IMG/VR virus record: IMGVR_UViG_3300021093_000004
Direction: 5' to 3' (one strand)
Length of the DNA: 64,000 nt
Source: a virus
Lineage: Duplodnaviria; Caudoviricetes
The notes below the pieces were generated by a model. That model saw only the letters and a list, made by a program, of their open reading frames with translations. It had not been told where the DNA came from and ran no database searches. This document shows positions 57,054-64,000 of the stretch, one piece after another. How positions within the stretch are numbered: position 1 is the first letter of the stretch; each line of letters starts with the position of its first letter. A program made the translations under genes and the position numbers.

Positions 57054-60000
57054 TCAGTTTAAAGTGGCGATTATACCGTCTGGCCAGACCATTCTCGTTG
57101 GGAGAATTTCTCGATGCGATGCAAAGTAACTCGTAATTCTTGATCGGCCACGAGTCGTATCGAGATGCTTCTCAATAAGAATGATGCTTAAACCAGTCAT
57201 CAACTCCTTCGAGTACGTCGTTTCGGTCAATCGCCCGGTTGTGAAATTTCTCAAGTACGGGGTGAATTTGGCCGGATCAAGTCCTTTGATCCTCGTAATA
57301 TCTTTGATAGTCATTTTTCGTGAGGTACCGTTCCTCGGCGATGTCTTTTGGTTTGGATCAAAAAGATCGCGTTGGATCAGGAATCCTACTGCAACATTGG
57401 CCGATTCGCGGACAGTCAATTCATCACAGCAGAGTTCGTCTGGTAGTGGGTCATCACCGGGGCATGGTCTGCTTAATAACGGTCCGGATTGACATGACAA
57501 ATCTTCGATTTCACATTCTGGCTCAATTGGATATGGATATGGTGGCGGTGGTACCGGCACTAACACAATCGGATCACACAGCAGACTTCTTTCGAAGCTC
57601 GGGATCATCATTGGTATATCACCGAATCGTTTGAACGTAACTGTAAATCTTGAAGTGACATCTGGATCAGGACCATTGGCGTTTTGGACGACTCTAATAT
57701 CTCCTGGGTTTATTTCCGGATGCTGCTCCAAAATTTGTTGCATCCCAGCGGCAGTGGTGTTCCAAGTGATCTTGCTGCTTGTTTGAATGATATCGTTGAT
57801 GTTTAGTTTAAGTCTAAAATACCCACCGTTGGCTCTTTTGATGGTGACTCTTTGCTTTTCAAACGATGATCCGCCATCTGTAACACCGGTAATTGCGATT
57901 GGTCCACCTCTCAATTGAGATGAGTCAACTTCCATTTGTCGAATGCCGGTAGCCGCTCGCGATCCTACGAACTCGACGGTCCATTCGTTTAATAACGGCT
58001 CTAATGGGTCGGCTGGCGATTTGGTAACGGTTACGTCGGAATTGGTTACGAAACCAGAGGCGACCAACCCGGCTTTCACTTGAGCATCGCTGGCGTTGTA
58101 TGGAAGAGGTGCGGTGATGAAAAATGTAGCACCAGAAAGATCATCTGGGCTATAGAATTTAATCGTGAATGTACCGCTTGCCGCCATTACTCGGATACGT
58201 TGCTTTTCATTGACTCCAGTTCCGCCCTGCCAATTGGTAGCCACAGAATAATTTGGTGTGGGCTGTACGGTCATTTCGGGAACATTGTTATTAGCTAATG
58301 TCCCAACGAAATCAACGGCTAAATCACCGGTGTATGGAGAGTCTCTATCGGATGTCCCGCCAGTTACTGACACATTGCCGTCACCAATTGTTGAAATACC
58401 CCAAAACGCTCCTTGCTTCTGGTTCAATGACCAATTATACGTAATTGGAATTGATGTAACACCATTGAATTCGACGATAAGGTCAAATAATGTTCCAGGG
58501 GTTACAGTGATTGTCTGTCGTTCATTCTTTGTGCCATTGGTGATTGTTTCTACGACCCCGGACGAAGTTCCAGTTAAAAAACTCCCATCGGCGGCCATAA
58601 GTGGAATATCGGTGCCACCAAGATCACCAACGAATTCAACAACGAATGGGTCAGATTGTGTTCCAGTACCGGTGACTGCGACATTACCATGTCCTACGTT
58701 GCTGAGCCTTCCGATTCGGATTTGTACAACATCTGCCCCGGCGTTCCACGGAATAGTAGCGGTTTTCGAATCGCCAGCAATAGTCACGGTTAGATCCCAT
58801 GTACCACCGCTTGGGACCGGGAGAACAATGGACTGAATTTCGTTGTCTTTGACGCCTTTAACTATTTCTTCAATTATAACTTCAGCATCGCATGGATCAA
58901 AGAATGTTGCCGAACTAACAATGTCGAATTTACTAAATATTAAATTACCATTTCCAGTGGCGATGAAATTGAGCGAATCTGTGCATTGGTCCAACCCAGT
59001 GCCAGCGGTATTATCTAATTCAAATTTAACCGATTCCCAACGAGCGGACATTCCACACAGACCGTTACCCAGGGTTGAAATTGTGTCCCATGGTGTTCCG
59101 GCAAAACTCACTTCTTGCGGGTATAGGCTATTGCGTGCTACAGTGACACGATATTCGCGATTCAAGCCCAAACTGTTTTGGTATGTGATAACAACATCAA
59201 ATTCGTCTGCTGGATCGGGTCCACACAAGAATGGTCCTGGGCACACTGAAGACGGCGGGATATCAGCGGGTGTAATCTGATTGGCCAGATAGAAAATTTC
59301 AACGCTTTCTACCACATTGCCTACTGACTCTGGCGGGAACGTAGTGATTAAAGCATCCTGCAACGTTCCTACACTGTTGGCTGGAATAGACCATAACCAA
59401 TTGTCACGTGTGGCGACTGATGCGAAATTACCAGAATTTATGGCTCTGATATTCGACGGCGTTAGATTGGTGTCGGTAATCGAAAGTTCCGCCGATCCGC
59501 CATTGCCTTGCTGTTTCCAAAAGTCACATGTAGAGCCGGTTCCACATGATGTTGGGGCTACCGCCCCTAAATGCCCATCGGCGGTTGGTATTAAGTTGAC
59601 GACCGTTCGAACTAACGGATCGCTTGGATCACGCAATGTGATTCTTGCGAACATGTTGAATATATTGACCGGGCGTCTTGGGATTCCTTTCCATTCGATT
59701 TTGGTAGTCAGTTTAGTGATGCTGCCATCGCATACAGGTGGGTCTGATTTACAGACCAAAATGTTATCAACCACTGTCCCGTCACCGCTTGCAGCCTGAG
59801 ATTTAATGGTGACATGGACCAGACCAGTATCTTGAACAACACAAGAATGTGTATACAATCCGGGGGCTAATGGAGAAGTGAATTGATCGGTTGCAGTGCC
59901 CGATGCTAACTCTATTATGACACCCTTATTATCCAAGACTTCAATAGTAATTTGAAAGGCAGAAGCTGGTTTTATAGCTGAATATGTCCGTGTCAATCCT

Positions 60001-62015
60001 GGACCGCTCGGAATATAAACCTTTCCATCAGTCCAGACTCCACCACTCCATGCACCAACGTTTTCATCGAATGAATCAAACGACAGGCGGTCAAAACCCA
60101 ACTGACAAACACCAGTCAAATCACACAGCAAAACACTGCGAATACGAGCGGCACCAGAAAGTGCCCCGGATTTGAAGAAAACAGTAACACTTGTGGTTGG
60201 AACGGTGAATGATTGAAAGACATTGTGTGGGAATTCTATTGCACTGTTTGTGAGTGTTCCTGTTAATATTATATTACCAACAGCATCTCGAATACCATAA
60301 ACGAGTTCCAGTTCACCGATAGTGTCTGGTTCATGAGATAATAGTGTAAATCCAAATGTCATCGACCGTCCGACAATCAATCCACTTACTGATTGACGAG
60401 CCTCGGATGCTCCCGACAGACTGACGATTAAAGCATCGTTACCGCTGTCCCACCACTTTGGATCATTTGGTGGAATAAGTGCGTTTCCGGACGCATCAGA
60501 CCAAAATTCGACGCCTTCGGCGAACTGCGGGTTCTGAATTGAGTTGCGAGTTCCCGGACCACAATCTGTGACAGGAATCAGACACAATCTCACGTTGTCG
60601 ATAAAAGTATGAGATGTTGATTCAAATGATACTGTAATAATCCCACTACTTGGGACATTCATGTTGATACTTAGTCTGACAGCATCTGAATTTGCTGGTA
60701 CAGAATAAGTCTCACTTGCGCCATCCACGAACCCATAGGTTAACACACCAGCCACTGTTCCGCCGAGAACATCAAAAAACATCGTGATAAAATCACCAGG
60801 AGTCAGCCCGGACACGGTTTGCCGGGCAATCGGGTTTGGTCCACCCTCATTGATTTGTAATTCTAACGCCTTCTTCACACTATCCCACGAGACTGCCGGT
60901 TGGTGCTCGGTCCAACCAGCGATATCGGTATTAAATTCGCCGTTGAGAATAATGTCTTCGCCGCCCAAACATTCCGGCGGCGGTGCGACCGTGCCACATA
61001 ATGCGAAAATGTATGAATATACTAATTCTGCTAACCCTAGACCGCTATTGGGAGTTGCAACATAAATGCCACCAGTTCTACGGGCAATTTCTTGCAGATT
61101 CGAGGCAACGTCCGGAGTACTAGGTGGTGTTGCGGCGGCTATAATCTTGATGCCGCAAGATGCGGCAGCCGATGCAGCGTCGAATAGTCGCTGTCGGTCT
61201 TCTGCATCATACCTATCATTACACCCCGCAACACTAGCGTCTGTAATGAATAGTATGACCTTCACGGCTGCGGGATCGTCTCTCCATGGACCAAACCCAG
61301 TCCCATCGACGGCTTGCACCATTGCAACATCGCCTGCCTCTGGCATTCCCCTCCCACCACCGGCCCTAACTGTGGACAAAGATGCTTTAAATGCAGCAAT
61401 ATTTCCACACGCAGCAGATCCTCCTGGACCTGCGGCTGGAAACTTTACTAATGATTGGATTCCTGGTATACCATCACAGTCACCGAATGTTATTAGCCCC
61501 ATTCGATAATTGCCACCACTAATCGTCTCGAAATATCCGGCTATTGTGTCTACGGCGGCTCTTACCGCTTCGATCGCTCCGCCCATACTACCAGTTATAT
61601 CGAGTACAACTCCGAAATCAATCAGACAGTCGGTGACTGGTTCCTCGCACACCACATCACCGATTGCACATCCGATCGTACTCGAACCCGCAAATGGGTT
61701 TAGTAATAATGATCTGAATTCTGCTGAGATACGTTCAGCTTTGTAGGAATCTGCTGACTTTTGTGGACCGGTCAGGTCATACTTCTGTGGTATTCCGGAC
61801 CTTCTGATCGGAGTTATGACCCCTTGTTTTCTGGCTGGTGGAACATATCGTGGTTCTCTACCGAAAGCCAACGAACTGAGAGCTTGTTCGACATTTGGTG
61901 TCGGACCAAGAATCGCTATTTCTTTTCGTTCTTGAATGGATATAAGCTCGACATAGGTCGGTTGCCCGACCTCTGCACTGAGCCTTTTGACATTACTGAA
62001 TGGGTCTGTGGTCAT
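57054..62015 (-). CDS. Large structural/adhesin-like protein: vWA + CBM-like domains + four tail-type repeats
   Basis: VLDITGSMG (MIDAS-like), ILFITDA; ILNGEF...GW-type modules; NEIQ/NERQ/NEKQ/FEKQ...GG(T/Y)(F/W) repeats. Confidence 0.8.
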   Translation of the reverse strand: MTTDPFSNVKRLSAEVGQPTYVELISIQERKEIAILGPTPNVEQALSSLAFGREPRYVPPARKQGVITPIRRSGIPQKYDLTGPQKSADSYKAERISAEFRSLLLNPFAGSSTIGCAIGDVVCEEPVTDCLIDFGVVLDITGSMGGAIEAVRAAVDTIAGYFETISGGNYRMGLITFGDCDGIPGIQSLVKFPAAGPGGSAACGNIAAFKASLSTVRAGGGRGMPEAGDVAMVQAVDGTGFGPWRDDPAAVKVILFITDASVAGCNDRYDAEDRQRLFDAASAAASCGIKIIAAATPPSTPDVASNLQEIARRTGGIYVATPNSGLGLAELVYSYIFALCGTVAPPPECLGGEDIILNGEFNTDIAGWTEHQPAVSWDSVKKALELQINEGGPNPIARQTVSGLTPGDFITMFFDVLGGTVAGVLTYGFVDGASETYSVPANSDAVRLSINMNVPSSGIITVSFESTSHTFIDNVRLCLIPVTDCGPGTRNSIQNPQFAEGVEFWSDASGNALIPPNDPKWWDSGNDALIVSLSGASEARQSVSGLIVGRSMTFGFTLLSHEPDTIGELELVYGIRDAVGNIILTGTLTNSAIEFPHNVFQSFTVPTTSVTVFFKSGALSGAARIRSVLLCDLTGVCQLGFDRLSFDSFDENVGAWSGGVWTDGKVYIPSGPGLTRTYSAIKPASAFQITIEVLDNKGVIIELASGTATDQFTSPLAPGLYTHSCVVQDTGLVHVTIKSQAASGDGTVVDNILVCKSDPPVCDGSITKLTTKIEWKGIPRRPVNIFNMFARITLRDPSDPLVRTVVNLIPTADGHLGAVAPTSCGTGSTCDFWKQQGNGGSAELSITDTNLTPSNIRAINSGNFASVATRDNWLWSIPANSVGTLQDALITTFPPESVGNVVESVEIFYLANQITPADIPPSSVCPGPFLCGPDPADEFDVVITYQNSLGLNREYRVTVARNSLYPQEVSFAGTPWDTISTLGNGLCGMSARWESVKFELDNTAGTGLDQCTDSLNFIATGNGNLIFSKFDIVSSATFFDPCDAEVIIEEIVKGVKDNEIQSIVLPVPSGGTWDLTVTIAGDSKTATIPWNAGADVVQIRIGRLSNVGHGNVAVTGTGTQSDPFVVEFVGDLGGTDIPLMAADGSFLTGTSSGVVETITNGTKNERQTITVTPGTLFDLIVEFNGVTSIPITYNWSLNQKQGAFWGISTIGDGNVSVTGGTSDRDSPYTGDLAVDFVGTLANNNVPEMTVQPTPNYSVATNWQGGTGVNEKQRIRVMAASGTFTIKFYSPDDLSGATFFITAPLPYNASDAQVKAGLVASGFVTNSDVTVTKSPADPLEPLLNEWTVEFVGSRAATGIRQMEVDSSQLRGGPIAITGVTDGGSSFEKQRVTIKRANGGYFRLKLNINDIIQTSSKITWNTTAAGMQQILEQHPEINPGDIRVVQNANGPDPDVTSRFTVTFKRFGDIPMMIPSFERSLLCDPIVLVPVPPPPYPYPIEPECEIEDLSCQSGPLLSRPCPGDDPLPDELCCDELTVRESANVAVGFLIQRDLFDPNQKTSPRNGTSRKMTIKDITRIKGLDPAKFTPYLRNFTTGRLTETTYSKELMTGLSIILIEKHLDTTRGRSRITSYFASHREILPTRMVWPDGIIATLN

Positions 62016-62047
62016 GCAATCTCTCTTAACCTACAATAGGTTTGATA

Positions 62048-62479
62048 CTAGAGATCGGATACTATCGTATTCAACGCTCCACGTTGTTGTAGCTTCATTT
62101 CTTCTACAAGAGTTTTAACTTCGGCGGCTCCTGAATTTATCTTGTCTGTATATTTCTTCTTGATATCATCGACATTCCATTTCATGACCAACATTGGATC
62201 GAGATTTCGCATTCTGGAGACAGCGATATCTAATTGAAGCCTGAACCAATCATCATCTTTGGTCCATTTCTCATTCAGAATCGGAAATGCCACCGATTTC
62301 AGGCATTCGAGAAATATTTGGTATTTGATAGTTTCTTCGACAATCGATTCCCATTCATTGGGTAGTATGCTTGAATACAGTTGAAGCATACTCCCATCTG
62401 CGTAGTGTCTGATGGAACCATCGAACACGAATATAGTTGGGTTATCTTCTTTCTTCGACTTCTTTTTCTTCTTGCTCAT
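62048..62479 (-). CDS. Hypothetical protein
   Basis: ORF 62048-62527; probable start MSKKKK after AGGA. Confidence 0.65.
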   Translation of the reverse strand: MSKKKKKSKKEDNPTIFVFDGSIRHYADGSMLQLYSSILPNEWESIVEETIKYQIFLECLKSVAFPILNEKWTKDDDWFRLQLDIAVSRMRNLDPMLVMKWNVDDIKKKYTDKINSGAAEVKTLVEEMKLQQRGALNTIVSDL

Positions 62480-62536
62480 AAAGTCCTCCTGCGAATATAT
62501 ACGAATTCCTAACCGAAATACTAACAAGATTTGTAT

Positions 62537-62974
62537 TTAGGCTTGATTTAACCACTTCTTGAGCATGCGGAGTAGCCGTAACTGCTCACGCCGAGCGGCG
62601 ACATTGGTATCGAAGAGACAGGATTCCGGCATCCATTCATTATCAGAATTTGAATAGAAAAATTCGCCGGTGTCTTTACTTCGAATAAGATCACAAACCA
62701 CGAATGGTTCAATCACTAATCGAGATGTGATGAGGCTAGTGAGTAATGTGAAGTCTGCGTGATGAACGCGGGGAAGCAGAGCCGTTGAACTTGATTTCCA
62801 AACTAATCTATATGGGCCACGCTCATATAAAACTTTTGGATGATGGTCAGTCATCCATTTGTCATCCTCTTCGATTTCAGGAACTGCTTCCTTTGGACGT
62901 AGAACCACCCACCACGCGGTATCTCCTACCTTGTAGCGTGCTAATTCTAGTACACTCTGTATTCTGCCACGCAT
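62537..62974 (-). CDS. Hypothetical protein
   Basis: 145-aa ORF. Confidence 0.7.
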   Translation of the reverse strand: MRGRIQSVLELARYKVGDTAWWVVLRPKEAVPEIEEDDKWMTDHHPKVLYERGPYRLVWKSSSTALLPRVHHADFTLLTSLITSRLVIEPFVVCDLIRSKDTGEFFYSNSDNEWMPESCLFDTNVAARREQLRLLRMLKKWLNQA

Positions 62975-62980
62975 GTGATC

Positions 62981-63205
62981 TCATCCACAGATCACCCTAT
63001 TCAGTGCCTGGCTGACTATCTGCTCCGCTATCGTTCGCTTAACGCCAGTCACAATAGGAGACCATGTTCCGTTTTGGTTAATCTCGATCTGGTGATCCCC
63101 CTCCATCACGCTCTGTCCGGACATCGGAGTTATCCGGACATTCGTTGCACCCACTTCCTTTATTTGTCTGGTTGCAGTGTTTACATCAACGGCCATAATT
63201 TTCAC
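62981..63205 (-). CDS. Hypothetical protein
   Basis: 74-aa ORF with GAGG RBS. Confidence 0.7.
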   Translation of the reverse strand: MKIMAVDVNTATRQIKEVGATNVRITPMSGQSVMEGDHQIEINQNGTWSPIVTGVKRTIAEQIVSQALNRVICG

Positions 63206-63229
63206 CTCACATTAGGTTTGAGACCGACT

Positions 63230-64000
63230 TTAGATAGCGTCAAGGGCTTCGAAAGCCGTCTTGAACGTTTCGGATCTAGTTAAAGCACTTCCGTGCTTTC
63301 TTCCAAGTGCTGGCTCAAGGAAATACCAACCACCGAAATTCGTGGTGTTGGCATCATTCAAAGTAGCCTGAATTTTGGTATCACCAAACCCTATCGGCTT
63401 ATGCCCATGACCAATCTTAAAATCGTGAATATCTATCGCTCCGACATATTGTTTCAATAATGTCCAATATCTGATGAATGGGTCTTGCGATTGTCTAATG
63501 ATTAACTGGGCTGGGTCATATAATAATTTCCATCGCTTGAATTTGTTCAACCATTGAACAACATCCACTGGCCTATAAATAGAACTAGCGTGGGAAATCT
63601 CAAGCAGGGGTGTGATATTAGCAGAAATCGATCGTTCTGTGATCATATGAAGCCAATCGCGAACATGCTTGTCCGCGTCTGGAGCTTCTAACCCGGTATA
63701 GATTCTAATATAGGATGCCCCAAAGTACGAAGCAACATCAAATACTCGGTCGATTGACTCTTTCGGAATCGATGACAACGTGTTTGCGGGAACCTGTCCA
63801 AGTTCCGACGCAACCATAATGACGGTAAGCTCGTGCGACTTGAATAATGCCTTCAACGTCTGACACGATTGATCTGTAGCCGCACAAACATTGCTGGTCC
63901 ATACGTGTCGAAGAGCGAGGTACGGAATCCCAAGCGATTTTAATGTAGCACAGCCGGTTTCTGGATCTTCACCGGCCTCATCAAGATATGCTGCTAATTT
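63230..64000 (-). CDS. Sugar-phosphate isomerase/epimerase TIM-barrel protein (5' partial)
   Basis: Frame is open to the window edge: KLAAYLDEAGED...ALRHVWTSNV, IRIYT, LLYDPA, IHD, GFGD, LEP. Confidence 0.8.
   Translation of the reverse strand, partial: KLAAYLDEAGEDPETGCATLKSLGIPYLALRHVWTSNVCAATDQSCQTLKALFKSHELTVIMVASELGQVPANTLSSIPKESIDRVFDVASYFGASYIRIYTGLEAPDADKHVRDWLHMITERSISANITPLLEISHASSIYRPVDVVQWLNKFKRWKLLYDPAQLIIRQSQDPFIRYWTLLKQYVGAIDIHDFKIGHGHKPIGFGDTKIQATLNDANTTNFGGWYFLEPALGRKHGSALTRSETFKTAFEALDAI

Noticed and set aside
57181-62039. Series of plus-strand ORFs opposite the 1653-aa gene
   Set aside because: Antisense frames with no RBS or recognisable motifs.

Overview
Fragment of a large (probably jumbo) dsDNA phage or phage-like element. 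It has no rRNA, tRNA, CRISPR array, transposase or recombinase that I can support. An excisionase-type HTH domain, a sulfatase, a BNR/sialidase and CsrA hint at a Planctomycetota-type host (inference). The window has two parts. (1) 1-25.1 kb is a GC-rich mosaic of small orphan ORFs. Almost every one is preceded by a co-oriented tripartite motif, TTAACC-N13(14)-(T/C)GCCACA-N4-6-GTAT/GTAC; I counted about 55 copies by eye. The motif often has a GC hairpin upstream and an AGGAG RBS downstream. Duplicated leaders, inverted copies, paralogue pairs and junctions that end at TTAA, GCCACA or ATCGGG suggest an actively shuffled promoter-gene cassette array, which is the main candidate novel system. (2) 25.2-64 kb is AT-richer and holds a glycan-modification arsenal (GT2/GT4/GT9-like, GT-sulfotransferase fusion, methyltransferases, radical SAM/SPASM genes, GDP-fucose synthase, sulfatase, sialidase, sugar isomerase), nucleotide/DNA enzymes (thyX, dut, rnhA, adenosine deaminase, Nudix, NucS, HNH, decayed RusA), csrA and a 1653-aa vWA/tail-repeat protein. 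Several genes carry in-frame stops of all three types. Family calls come from recognised motifs, not database searches, and coordinates were counted by hand.
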